A stretch of 64,000 nucleotides of DNA from Takakia lepidozioides (taxonomy: Eukaryota; Plantae; Bryophyta), in contig CM060732.1 of the NCBI GenBank assembly GCA_030704615.1, positions 11,036,001 through 11,100,000 on the forward strand, given 5' to 3'. The notes beneath the pieces were generated by a model. The model did not search any database, was not told the origin of the DNA, and worked only from the letters and a program-made list of their open reading frames with translations. Below are positions 12,860 through 32,700 of the stretch, piece by piece; within the stretch, counting starts at the first letter, position 1, and each line of letters starts with the position of its first letter. The translations under genes were made by a program, and so were the position numbers.

Positions 12860-15800
12860 TTGAGAGCCCAGAATCCCTATGTAGAGTGTGAATGTAACAT
12901 CAGAAACCACATAATGAGCATCTGTTAGACTCAGGCTGGAACTCCTTGTAAGCAAATGCACAAGTAGCTCTCTCAGAAGGTTTACAACAGCACAAATTCA
13001 AAGCACCAGGCACCACGCACATCTCTTCATTTGATGATTCCCTTCACGCAAGGCATTGTGTGCTTCCTCCAACATCCTTACACCAGAACACGAAATCTGG
13101 TTTTCAGAACTGGGACCTACTTTGTGCTGACATCCTGGGCTCAAGTTGGACTCAACAAATGGAACTGACTATCATCAAGCAGACCTACTTCCCCAATGGT
13201 TTTGATGGAAGCCTCGGTGAAAACCCAAGTATATACACTGTGACCAGAGAAGAAGGGGTGAAGTAGTCCTGAAAGCAAGTTTCCAGGCATATTCAAGTCC
13301 ACTGAAGATACACCCTTGCAGACCAAGTAGCTTAGTCTGTTGCAGGATTGACATACAACGAAGAAGGCAGATTAAAGATAGTTGTCCAATAATAGTAGAG
13401 GGAGAATCTTGCCATCCAATCCACACTCAATGTGTAAAGATGACTACTGCATGTGTAATGTTAGTAGCAAATCCATGACTTGGGTACCAAATCTCAGATT
13501 CCGTGAAAGTGAATTAGTCCAACAGCTACACAATAGATACACAATACCATTTGCATTTAGAAACTCTTTGATCATGTCATGGTGCCACGAAAATGCACAG
13601 GTAGGACACATCTTCTACTGTCAATTTACAGTTCTGGGTTGAATTGGCACTCAGGAGAACTCCCCCACAGCAATCAGAAGTCCAGGCCAGTTACAAGCAA
13701 ACCACTTCCTATGATGCTATAAAATCAACTGTCCCTTAGCTTGATTGTTTGTTAGGATGCAAAACATACTTTTCTCTACTTTTCGTATGCTCAAAAGAAA
13801 CTAGGAAAAAATCTGAGCACCTGAGGTAAAGCACTCTTGGTCACCCAAATCTGCTTTTGAATGAGAGCGATTGACTTGGAGTTCATTTGTCCCATGATTG
13901 GTTGCAATGGATAAAGCATCGACATCATCTCCCTGTCTTTGTACGGTTATAACAGGGCCTGTGCCTAGAGCAAGTTCCTGGTTGTGTCCAGACACAACTG
14001 CATTGCTCTTAAGGCAAGTTCTTGTCTTTCTGGACTTCTTAGTCCCCACCAATACTACAATTTTTTTTACCCCACCAACCCTAACAGCCCGCCTTGGCAA
14101 CTTGAAGTTTGCCTGTAGTGGAAAATAAAAATTGGTTGTCTCAGGTGCAGGACGTGTTGGGCTTCTCAAATCCTCACACAAAATGAAATCCTCTTTGGAG
14201 TTTGATTGCTGGCTTGCTAGGCAGAGGCTTCGCGAGACGTCCTGATACAACTCCAATAGTGTGGTTGCCTTTGGAGAATCATGTGGAAAGGTTATGCTGT
14301 CATGTCTCTGCGGCAAGAACACTGGTATTTACTCAAGAGCTAGAGCTAGAGCGAAGGGAATCAAAGACAGACAAAGTTGGCAATTCCCAAAGCTCCAGTT
14401 GCATCTTCCTTTTATAGTCCCATCACAAGTACAGATATACAAGCTGATTGAACTTGTGTTCTTGACTGAGGATCTAATACCCCGGGGGCAATATTCCCAC
14501 ACAGTTTATTCCGGAAGTCAACCAAACCACTTTGATGAGAATTCAACAAGGGTTGATGTAATTGTAATGCTGATATAGCTGGGACAAAAGGATTTTGCAA
14601 ACACAAAGCTCAGGCTTTTTCAGCCTCTTCTGGAGTATACCACACTTGGGTCTGGCTGTCAGGTAGAATAGCAGGTGAGGAGCCTAAGGGCTAGAAGTCA
14701 ATGCTTACCAGGTGGACAACACACTGAAAACTACAAATTGTATATATGGCCAAAAAACTTACTTGTAAAATTACGGAAGATTGGTGGAGAGGTGAGGCAG
14801 GCGCAGATTGGAGAGAAGACAGTAGCAACTGGAGACCCTCGAGGCGTTCAGTCTTACTGCGGCGCACCAGGCAGGAATGTGTCTTTTGGCCTGGTCAGCG
14901 AAAATGTACGAAACAAGAAATATTAACTGATGTGAGTAATGACAACACACTCTTCTTCCAGGTAATTGAATCGCAGACCTTCACACAGCTTCCTTTCTCC
15001 GTATCAAATCTTGAACTGCACAGAATGATCAAAAACGATCATAGACATTGGGGACCTAAAAGTACAACCCATAAAACCTCTCTCACCTGACATCCAAGTC
15101 AGTGAGACAGACTAACAGTTTTGAGTGTGTACACCTCCTCTCTACCTCACAGAAAATTTCCTTCTTGCTGTAACGTTGTCAAGAATATGACAGACACTGG
15201 AGCAGCAACACTGGAGCAGCACTACCTCACATCACAGGCAGATCAAGAAAGAGATTCCCATACACACCAGGATTGCCTGTAGCGTTCTTTGTAGTTCTCA
15301 GTGTGCTTTCCTTGCCTTCGCTGTGACCTGCTAATAGCAATTGACCTCTGCCAAAACTGAATGATGGAAATGTTCTGTTCTTGTGATGTATACAGGGACC
15401 CTTGCAATTGCATCTCTTAGAGCAGCACTGGCTGGTTGATGCCTCCACTGTTTGCTTACCTCCCATTGGGTGCCTGGCCCTCCTTTTTCACCCTTCGATT
15501 TTCAGTGCTGATATAGCCATGCTTCATTGAAGCTTCCTGCACTGCTTAATCAGGACATGATCAGCAGACAAGTGGGTCCTTGTGATGATACTTATATCTC
15601 ACGACATCATAATCAACATTTTTGAGGCCTGGCTGGATGACACATGTAAAACTTTTGACTAAGTTGCTTCACCAGCTGATAGTTGCTGACAAGTCTACAA
15701 ACTGGATAGGGTGCGGCGAGAGTGAGGCAGGAGAAAAAGTTAGCATAGATTAGACAAGACTGACAAATATAAATTTGTGAGGGACATCATAGAAAGAAAG

Positions 15801-18671
15801 ACAGCCAGGTTGGTGAGCATGTGGAGGAACTACAATGATTTGTAAAAATGTAGGGCAAAGATGGCAAAGGGAAGAGACTGGGGTGGGGAGGTAGAGAGTG
15901 GAAGAGTAAAGGAATTATCAAGAAGACATCACATGATGGCAGAGACTAGGGTAAATTTAGGTGCTGCTCATGAGGAAGGTGATGCATTGAGAACAATGGA
16001 GCAACAAGTAGCACACACTCCTGTCAGGAGTTGAGATTGCTCGAAGAGGCACGTTCAAAAAATTTAATTTGTAAAACGGAAGTTTTCCGTCTAGCCAGGA
16101 AACTAAACAGGTGATGCTGGATTTGAAAAGCACGAGTGTTACGGAAGAGATATTACAGAGAGAATAGAAAATTGAAATCAAGGTATGAAAAGAGGCAAAC
16201 AAAATGAGAAACTCAGCTCTGTGCCTGCGCCTCTGTCTCTGTGTCTCTCTCAAACACATTGTTGTTCTTTCAAGAGTCTCACAGACGTCAAGCACATTCA
16301 ACATATAATGTACTCATTGGAGTTCGCTTGCTATATCAATGTGAAAGAGCAGAGAGTGACAGACAGGAACGGGATGGCAAGCAGAGACGCAACGTACCAT
16401 AGACAAACAGCTGTGGATATAGATAGTGAGGCAAGTGAGAAGGAGGTCTACCAGGACGGTTCTCCGACGTATTCGTGCGCTCCACGACCAAACGCAATGA
16501 GGGATATGGTGTGATCCTCAAGATGGACAATCAAGTGCACGTCAAACATCAAGAAGAATCAATCCGTGTCTCTCTGTGAGAGCTAGAGAATGTGCTGAAA
16601 CAAACTGGTTCCAAGAAACATTCTCGCGGCGCGACCAGAGCTTTAGACAGAGAGAGAGGGAAAGGAGTAATAATAAGTCATGAAACAGTCAAGAGCAGAG
16701 GGAAGTAAGTGCTCATAATGCCGCCGCCTTCCCGGTACTGCTGCCAGCTTATGAAAGAGGAGAGGGTTTAAGAAACTCCCAGGCCAACAATCTCCCAAAA
16801 TTTATAGTTACAAAAAGAGTAGAAGATACAAGCAATAAAGAAGAGGCTGTTTTAGTGACGACAATGTCAGAGAATGAAGCCGCGGTGTACAAGAGACAGA
16901 GTCGTGCGATGGAGAAGGCGCTCCTCGCATGCCGCTTCCCCTTCTCTTCTCCTAAGTATGTGTATGTCTCTATTGTATTTGTATGGAAAAATAGCCTATT
17001 TTTCCATACAAATATATACACATACACATACTTAATTGCGTCGCGTCGTGCACATTATGCCCCCTTTCACACTGCCTCGCACCACGGACGGCCTCCAATT
17101 TTTCATGAGAAAAATGTCGCGTTGACTATTCGGAACACATTTTACCCAGTAAAATCACGCCACGTGGTCGAATGATGTACGTGTCACTGCAAGATGCCAT
17201 GTGGCAGAAGTTGCGGCATGGATGAGAGTAGTCGTCCATCGATGAAAACTGCATAGGACGGAATCTTTATAAAACTAATAACGAACGGAATCACGCTAAT
17301 CGAAATCCTGCTATTGGACGACTAAAATCACGTTACCAAACGTTCCGTTATGTGTGTATCCGTTAAGAGTTGAGCAAGACCTAATTGGTGGTGCCACGAA
17401 AACGCTGTCGACGGGGAGAATGTTCAGCGTTGTGACGTGGAAGGAATGGTTGGAGCTTTGGTTTTTAGTGAATTAGTGTGGACGAGGTGGAATTGGCGGA
17501 GAGCAGGTTGTGTTTAGTGCTGGGAAGTCATGGATCCGTGCAGGCGAAGCATGGTGTGCAAGCGAGAGGGTGTTGCTGGGAGAGTTCTGATGACGCGGTG
17601 AAGATGCTGAAAATTAAAATACCGTGTACCACTTATGTTCGAGGAGTTTGACTATTTATGGCAGCGCTAAGTTTAGCTTTAAGGTCACAGGCCTGAGGTG
17701 GAAGAGGAAGAGGAAAGAGGCTGACGAGGTGAAAAGGTGTCGGAGAGACGCAACTTGAAGTACAATTTGAAGCACAGGCTGCTGTTCCATCTCAATTCAG
17801 CAGAATAATTAAGCACGAATCAGTTCTGGCCCGTTTGTGCAACTCTTGTGAACTGGCATCTGTCAAGAGGGGCGTAACGCTGCAGGAAGAGCAGGCATTC
17901 ATTCTTTTCGGAGTTGAATAAACACCAGGTATGTAGCTTTGTTACAAGTTTCTTTTGCTGGGAGGGAGAGAGGTGGTAAAAATGACGCGGCAATTTTCAA
18001 AAAGCTTCAAGCATGCAGGCCCACATTGCAAATGATGCAACCTATGGTCCTGGGCTTGATTGTCGACATTCCATCAGTAAAACGCTCGGACCACAAATAA
18101 CCCCTTGCAGGCAGTGTCAGAAAATAAACCATAGTTTATATGTGTGATTTCACTGATTTTCGGTTGACTATCTTTGGTATTTCCAATCAGTTCCTTCATT
18201 CCTTGCCATCTCCTTGGCTGAAAGGGGGATCAGTCGTTATCACCCAAACATACATAAATGTTGGGAGAATTCGACCTCAGGTTGCTCATAATCTGGAGTT
18301 AGGATGCTCCTAAAATCTGAGCTGATCACAGCCATCACTTGCCATTGTAACACCTATTGCTACGTTTCTAAGGAATTTATCCAATATCATTTTAAATTTT
18401 GGTGCTGTTATAGTAATTAACACAAACAGTTCAATCAAGTCATGAGGCAAAAGTTTGAAGATTCTTGGGAATGAGACAAGTTTGAGTGGTGTTGCATGTT
18501 CCAGTACCTCAAGTTCAGTTCCTAAGTTTGGTTTGCTTTCTTTGAGAAATTAAAAAGAAAGGAAAGTGGTTTTTCTTCTACAAGCCCCCTGTAATCTAGT
18601 CAGCAGGTGTGCTTTCAGTTGATCAAGCAAGGGAGGTCAACGCCTGCTCATCAAGCAGGAGGTTCATCACT

Positions 18672-24667
<5,996 letters not shown>

Positions 24668-25285
24668 TACAGGTCTATCGAGTCTGCAAGAGACAGAGGT
24701 TGGCATACCAGAGGTGTTCAGTGTGGAAGAAGGTAGGGTGGCCCAGCTGGGACGTCATAATTCCTCTGTTGGTTTGGTTGTTGTTTGCTGTCCTGTGTTG
24801 GACGGTTAGACCAATCTAACCTCAAGTGTGGCGTTGATAAGGGAGCTGTTATTTGTGTTGGACATTTGTGCTGTAACTATACAGGAGATTTGGAGATTGG
24901 CATGTTCCTGAGGACTCGTAACCTACAGAGGGTACCTCAAAAGCAACACGAAACAGCTTCTCACTATGGACAACAAAGTTCAAGACTTTGGCTGGTTACC
25001 CGAAGTTGATCTTGCCTTGCAAAGAGAACTCAACCGGCCTGTGGGTTCTTCGTGACAACTCCGAACAAACAACCATAAGCCCAATGATCTGAATGGAAAG
25101 ATTCCAACTGTCTGCACAACGTGGATCTGAGACAAGTGCAACCAAATGTTGGCATTCAATATACGACAACTTGGAATTAGTTGTCTGCCTCTGTACATGT
25201 ACAGGGTATGATAAGCCCAGATCAGGGAGAGAAACGATTAAAGGAGGAAAATTCCACCTATACTTAGTGAGGTGGGGGGAACAGA

Positions 25286-25413
25286 ATGTACTCATAAGAC
25301 GGTGTTTGCCGTAGCCTTGTGGCCATTGACCCCGTGCCCAGTTTGAGCGGAACACAAAGGGTAGAAACCTGTGTCAGAGACTGACGCCGGTAGTATGACT
25401 TACCTTGGAACAG
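25286..25413 (-). mobile_element. 5'-truncated LINE 3' end with target-site duplication
   Basis: Reverse complement of ~20851-20982; flanked by ggtggggg(g/c)aacaga at ~25271-25285 and ~25415-25429. Confidence 0.7.
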
Positions 25414-25943
25414 ATGGTGGGGGCAACAGAGATGGTGATGGAGTCCTTTGACACTACAGTTATATTAGAAACTGCTTCACCAAGTTATCATGTGAAATAA
25501 GATGAGATCTGATATGAAGGAAAAGAATCCTTCTGATTCTTTCCTGGCATCTTTTCATTGAGTTGTATGATTTCAATCTTCAATTACCCCTGGGTTTTAC
25601 TTAATTCCATGGTCAATAAGTTGTGGTCAATAACTATGGGGAGTCTTTTGACCATTATGGAGATCCACATTATCCATGAAACTTCTGAACCTGCACAAAA
25701 CTGATTCTATGGACAATTTGGGAAACAATACTCCATAATCATAGATAACATGATTTCGGTCTAAAAGTTCAATATAGACCTGGACGACAGATGTGCTTTG
25801 GTGGCTGCCCCGTTTGTGGTGTCGTACCCATGCTGGACGGCAGTTGGACATTTGTTAGAAAACCGGCAAACTGTGACCTGCATGGTCCCTTGGAGAGCTG
25901 TCTAAGCTGAAATTAGCCTTGTTTTTTCGACCAAAGAGACCCT

Positions 25944-27315
25944 AGCCATAACACTCTTCCCGCGAACTCCGAAGCACATCGCGTGCTTCTGACAGTGGGA
26001 GAGACAACATAGGGTTTTTTGTCCCCCGATTTTTCATCTGTGGATGAAAAAAAATAGAACACATCCTTATACCCTGACGGATTTCATCCGCAGCAGGGTT
26101 AAAAATAGGTTTTAGGGTAGGAGTTAGGGTTTCCACCGTAATTAATCATAATTAGGGGTAGTAAAGATCAATTCCAGGCCATAATCACGTCATCCATAAA
26201 CAGATCACTTATGTCAGGATGAAAAAGTAGGGAATATCATCCGTGGCAGCGGTTTACCTCCACCTAGGTAATTCATCATTCCTCACCATACCATCCGGTA
26301 TGGATAGAAAAGTCAATGAAAGGGGAATGAAAAAATTATTATCCTGGAAGTTTTTCAACCGGTATGGATGAAAAACAGGATGTTGTTGGCAACCCTCATA
26401 GAGGTAATTTTTCATTCCATGGTGACTCATCCGGTATGGATGAGAGTCAATAAAAGAAGAATGAAAAAACCAAAAAACCAAAAAACCATCCTAGAGATAA
26501 TTCAGTGTCCATCCTGGTGGCTCATCCGGTATGGATGAAAAAACCTATAGAGGATGGATGAGCCTCTGTCAAAACTTCATCCGGTATGGGTGAAAAAACA
26601 GGAAATCAATACTGATAACAGCATGCCGGTTCCCAGTAGAGAGGGAGACAGAGGGAGAGCGGGGGCACCCACCAACTTGCCCCTGGTATGGCAGTCCCTT
26701 ATGGAGTAAGTGTGGTATGCACTCACCCCATAAACCAGGGTCATAGGCCTGATGTCATGACAAAGCCAAAACTATAGGTAGGATCCCATTGTAGCATACC
26801 ATCCTCATCCTTCAAGAGGTCCATGCTAAAGCATGCAAAGAACACCTCACTATGATCCAGTACACATCAGAAACAGGCCCAAAAATGAGCAGGTCGGTGC
26901 TTTATCAGGCTGCCGCCATAACATTCAAGGCCACCATGTCCATAGAGACCCAAAACCGCCAAAACCATACCACATAAAACCAGATCCTCTTTGGCCCAAA
27001 GAACTTACGACCTAGCTCAATAATCCACAGGCCCTGCTATCAAAGATCAAAAGGTAGGGTATGGTTTGTATGCAGGCCTCAGGAAACAGGCCAGACAGGC
27101 CGAGCTGCCCATCGATGGCAGAACGACAAAGGCCAAAACATAGGCTGTAGCATGCCAAACCAGGAGCAGTCGGGTTGAAATCGGGGCTGCAGGCAGCAGC
27201 CACCTCACAGCGCAATAACCCACAGGTTTCCTCAGCCCATATCCCAATCAACATGCTCAAGAAACTTCAAAGTAGGTGAGGATCCTCACCTGGTCCCATC
27301 ACAAGCCCCCACATA
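25944..27315 (+). repeat. Two partial copies of unclassified element X (25944-26668 right part; 26740-27315 middle part)
   Basis: 25944-26668 is highly similar to 28848-29530; 26740-27315 is highly similar to 27865-28412. Confidence 0.85.
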
Positions 27316-29720
27316 ACACCACCCAATCATCCAAGACAAAACAGGGTGGGAGGGCGGGGTTTGTTCTTGTGTAGGACAAGATAAGATATTGTTGCCTCTG
27401 TGCATGCTGCAAGGCCTCTTGGTTCAGCCTGTACACATACCTTACCAGCAGGTCATGTATTGAAGGAGCACAAAAATGCTGAGGTCATGCAAAGGGCAAG
27501 GTACCATGGTCCAGCCTGCCCTATTACCATTTCAAAACACGTTTTCACACATGTATCTTGGACATGACCCACAGGTTGCAGCAGCTTACCTTTTCAGCCA
27601 TTAATTATGGCAGGTCATGCATCAGCCAAGGCATAAGGACCAGCCTACAATTTGTCAGAATCACAATATGCCACCAAGCAGTCCTACTTGGGCAAGATGA
27701 AATAAATTCCATATCATTTGTATTCACCCCGAGACATGTGATCGTACAAGGTGTCAAGGGAATGTGAATTCAGCCTGTCAAATTGCAGGTTCAAGACTTG
27801 TACATACAAGCAGCTTGAACAGCCGAGATCCAGCCTCTTTTGCATATAAAAAACCAGATTGCAAGTCATAGGCCTGATGTCATAACAAAGCCAAAACTAT
27901 AGGTAGGGTCCCATTGCAGCTTATCATCCTCATCCTTCAAGAGTTCCATGCTAAAGCATGCAAAGAACACCTCACTATGATCCAGTACTCATCAGAAACA
28001 GGCCCAAAAAGGAGCAAGTCAGTGCCTTATCAGGCTGCCGCCATAACATTCAAGGCCACCATGTCCATAGAGACCCAAAACCGCCAAAAACATACCACCT
28101 AAAACCAGATCTTCTTTGGCCAAAAGAACTTACAACCTAGCTCAATAATCCACAGACCCTGTTGTCAAAGATCAAAAGGTAGGGTATGGTTTGTATTCAA
28201 GCCTCAGGAGACAGGCCAGTCAGGCCGAGCTACGCATCGACGGCAGAACGACAAAGGCCAAAACACAGGCTGTAGCATGCCAAACCAGGAGCAGTCGGGT
28301 TGAAATCGGGGTTGCAGGCAGCAGCCACCTCACAGCGCAAAAACCTAATCAGCATGCTCAAGAAACTTCAAAGTAGGTGAGGATCCTCACCTGGTCCCAT
28401 CACAAGCCCCCACAAAATCAACAGATTAGTAAGGATTGTGGAACCCCAGGTGAATCACAGACCCTCACACTTGTCATTGATGTCAACTAAGAAACTCAAA
28501 AGCAAGAGAGGAAGATAAGAACATGAGAATCCCTAAACTCCAAAGGCACCTTAAGCGATTAGGGAAGAGGGTTATGTGCCATCACCACCCGCAGCAAGCC
28601 GCCTCCACAAAGCACATAAGCAATGAAGCAAAGCAGGCACAATCGCAAGGCACTAGAGAGGAGGGAGAGATACTTCCCAACACAAGTGCCCTTGCTAGAC
28701 ATAAAAAGCCAGAGGAGGGAAGATGCCACTGCATTCATAGCGGTGTTTCCCGCTGCAAGAGAGACAAGGCGCCGCCTTCACGCCTCCCCAGGCGCTCGTC
28801 CAACATGGGTACAACACCACAAACGAGGCAACCACCGAAGCACGTCCGCCATAACACTCTCCCCGCGAGCTTAGAAGCACATCGCGTGCTTCTAACAACG
28901 GGAGAGACAACATAGGGTTTTTTGTCCCCCGATTTTTCATCCGTGGATGAACAGCAGAACGCATCCTTATACCCTGACGGATTTCATCCACAGTAGGGCT
29001 AAAAATAGGTTTTGGGGTAGGGGTTAGGGTTTCCACCGTAATTAATCATAATTAGGGGTAGTAAAGATCAATTCCAGGCCATAATCACGTCATCCATAAA
29101 TAGATCACTTATGTCAGGATGAAAAAGCAGGGAATATCATCCGTGGCAGCGTCTTACCTCCATCTAGGTAATTTTATCATTCCTCACCAGACCATCCGGT
29201 ATGGATAAAAAGAGTCAATAAAAGAGGAATGAAAAAAATATTATCCTGGTAGTTTTTCAACCGGTATGGATTAAAAACAGGATGTTGTTGGCAACCTCCA
29301 TAGAGGTAATTTTTTTCATTCCATGGTGACTCATCCGGTATGGATGAAAGTCAATAAAGGAGGAATGAAAAAGCCAAAAGAACCATCCTAGAGGTAATTC
29401 AGTGTCCATCCTGGTGGCTCATCCGGTATGGATGAAAAAGCCGATAGAGGATGAAAAAACAAGAAATCAACACTGATAGCAAACTGCCAATTCCCAGTAG
29501 AGAGGGAGACAGAGGGAGAGAGGGGGCAACAATGAAAAAAGAATGGGTGGGGGGGGGAGAGTGACTAAGGAGCTGCATGCAGCTGCTAAGTCACTCCCCC
29601 CCCCACCTTTTTTTTTTTTTTTTTTTTTTTTTAAATATTTATTAGTTTCCTGATCTCTCCCTCTCGCTCCCTCTCCCTCTCCCTCTCTCTCCCTCTCTCC
29701 CTCTCCCTCTCTCTCACTCC
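27316..29720 (+). mobile_element. Unclassified non-autonomous element X, near-complete copy
   Basis: Collinear with 29940-33640. Contains a telo-box-like tagggttagggttt, many GGATG/CATCC motifs (catccggtatggatg) and a terminal palindrome at 29501-29720. No credible coding ORF. Confidence 0.65.
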
Positions 29721-29749
29721 TCTCTTGTGTGCTGCTCACAAAAAAAAAA

Positions 29750-32700
29750 AAACCACAGAGGGAGAGAGGGGGTAGAAAAAGTTAAAAAGAGAGAGGGAGA
29801 GAGTGGGAAGATATTCATGTCATGTGAAGACATGGACAAGACCAACTAGGGTCATTGTCAATTAAAGACATAAACAGCCCATGACAGGGCACCATCTAAC
29901 ACTTCCAGTCTTGTCATAGCATACCAAGTGACGACACCCATTCAGTCATGATAAAACAGGGTGGGAGGGCGGGGTATATTCATAATCAGATTCCTGTCAT
30001 GTACCCAAGTGACCCTCTTGCACAATATAAGTCAGATTGCAGCCTCACATTGTATCATCCATAGTTACCCAGAAGATATGCATCATGCAAGATATCATGG
30101 GCATATAAGAACTTCTTGCCACATTACAGATCCAAGATATGTATATACAGGTACCTTGAAGTGATCCAAGACAAGCATTATGCAAGGTAGGTAAGAACAG
30201 CCTGCCCTACAACAAATTCAGGGAATGTATACACCAGTGTTGGGAGGGTATATTGATTTTTTCTACCCTCAGGGTAAGGGTATACATGATTTTGGGGGTC
30301 AAACTTATCCTCAGGGTAGGGGTATAATCTATTTTTTGAAAACATTTACCCTCCGGGTAAGGGTATTGGGTGCCACATATACCATGAGGGTAAGGGTAAT
30401 TGCAGGATAATGGTACCATTTTTATATCCTCAGGATATCCCAGGGTAATTATAAAGGGTAAGTTAATTTATTAAATTTTATTTGTGAATTTTATTAAATA
30501 CTTAGAATAAAGTTTTTTTTAAATTATAAAAGGGACAGAGGCCCTGCAAAAACTTTACTGTAGCGGCAAAATGAGAACAGAGTGGAGGAAAAAATAAACT
30601 CCTAAGGGACCGTAAAGGTGTATCACATGGGGAACACCCAGCACTGGTAGGGAGTTGGGGGGGAAAGCAGGAGTTAACTAAGAACCAAAACCTCGGTGGG
30701 GGGAGGGAGGATTGCCAGAGGGCCTAACCAAGACGAAGCATTTCAACTGTATAACATCCCCGTTATATAGAATTTAATGGGATATGCCTTTTATTTTGAA
30801 AAAATAAAATATTTTTGTTTATTTTTTATGTGCCTTATGAATAGCAAAATTTTAGCCCTCATTTATGCTCCTCTAATGGCCCTAAAATATTTAAAAAAAA
30901 ACAACACATTTGATCATAATGAGGTCGCTTTGCACGATAGATAAGAGAATGGCGGGTACCGAGGAAAGAGAGAGCGACAATGGCGGGGACCGCCACTAGC
31001 ACACGCTTTTTCCAAGGAGAGAGTGGCAAGGACCGGTCTTGGAGCACAAGCTGCGAAGAGGAAGACCGACGAAGGGGGAAAAAAAAACAAAAAACATGCT
31101 AGTGTTTGCCCTCTCTACTAGCAAATACCACACCTAAACCTAAACCCCTAGTAATCAAATTATTATACCCTTCCCTATTACCCGGCCATTGAACAGATTT
31201 ACCCTCAGGGTAAGGGTATCCTCCGAAATTTCAAACCCCAGGGTATCATCCATTAAGGGTATAACAAAAATAATTACCCCTGACAAGGGTAGGGTAAGGG
31301 TATTTTGGAATTTCCAGGGTAGGGTATATCCATATACCCTTATCGGGTTTTACCCTCAGGGTATAATGGCAGAAAAATGGTATCCTCCTAGCACTGGTAT
31401 ACACAGGCAACTGGAAGGACCAGCCTGTAATTAATTACACTTCGGGCATGCAACCAAGTAAACTTCTTGGGCATGGCAAACCATATTGCATCTTCACATT
31501 TGGCCAAATGTAAGTACTCCAAGGCGTGCATCGTGCAAGGCCTTCTAGGTAGGTAAGAACAGCCTATCATTGTACAGATTCAGGACCTGTGTACACAGGA
31601 ATCTTGCTGGACCAGCCTGTCACGGCATCCAGATATGGACATACATACATTTTGAGTTCCCAAGATCAAGCCCACTTGGCCAAAATAAAGCATACAATGC
31701 AGGTGGCCGTTCAAATGACAATATAAGGTAGTTAATCACTGACCAGAGTCCATTAGAGCTTACCATCACTGTTTCCCAGGAGGCTAATGCCATATTTTGC
31801 AAATAGAACCTCACTATGCTCCATTCCACATCAAATCCAGGCCTGAAAGAGGCATGTCATTGCCTTATCAGGCTGCCATCTTTAAGAAAAAACAGGCCTC
31901 CTCTTCCTTAGAACCAAACAGCCACTGATGCTTTGACCCTTAAACCATCAATCCTCTTTTAAGGCCAAAACTGTACCTAGTCGAAAAATCCACAAGCAAA
32001 GTTGTTACAGATTCAAGACAGGGTAAGATTCACATGTTGTGCTTCAAGAGACAGGGCTGCCAGGCCGAAATGCTCCATCAACGGCAGCAAAGCATAAGTC
32101 AAAAGGAAGCATCAACATGTCAAACCAGGAGCAAGCGGGCCGAAATCGGGGCTGCAGGCAGCAGCCAAATCATGACGCCATACACAGTATGTTCCTTTTG
32201 CTCACATCCTTATCTGCAAGCTCAAGAGAATTCAAAGCAAGTAAGGATCCTCACCTGGTCCCATCACAAGCCCCTACAAAAACCAACAGGTTAGTGAGGA
32301 TTGTGGAACCCCAGGTGAATCACAGACCCCTACACTTGTCATCGATGTCAACTAAAAACCTCAAAAACAAGAGAGAAAGACATGAAGTAAAAGGAACCCT
32401 AATCACCAAAAGCACCTTGAGCGATTGGTGAAGGTAACTCTGCGCCATCGCCACCAGCAAGCCACCTCCAGCACAGCTAAGGAAAAGTGAAGCATACAAG
32501 CGTCTTTGCTAGGTTTAAGAAGGGAGAGAGAGATATATACTTCCCCACAGAAGCGCCGCTGCGAAACATAAAAGCCAGAGGAAGGAAAGAGACGATGCAA
32601 TCACAACGGGGTCTCCCGCCTGTGAGAAGAGACAAGACGCCGCCATTGCGCATCCCCAGGAGCTCGTCCGGCATGGGCACGAAGCAGCAGACAAGGTAGC

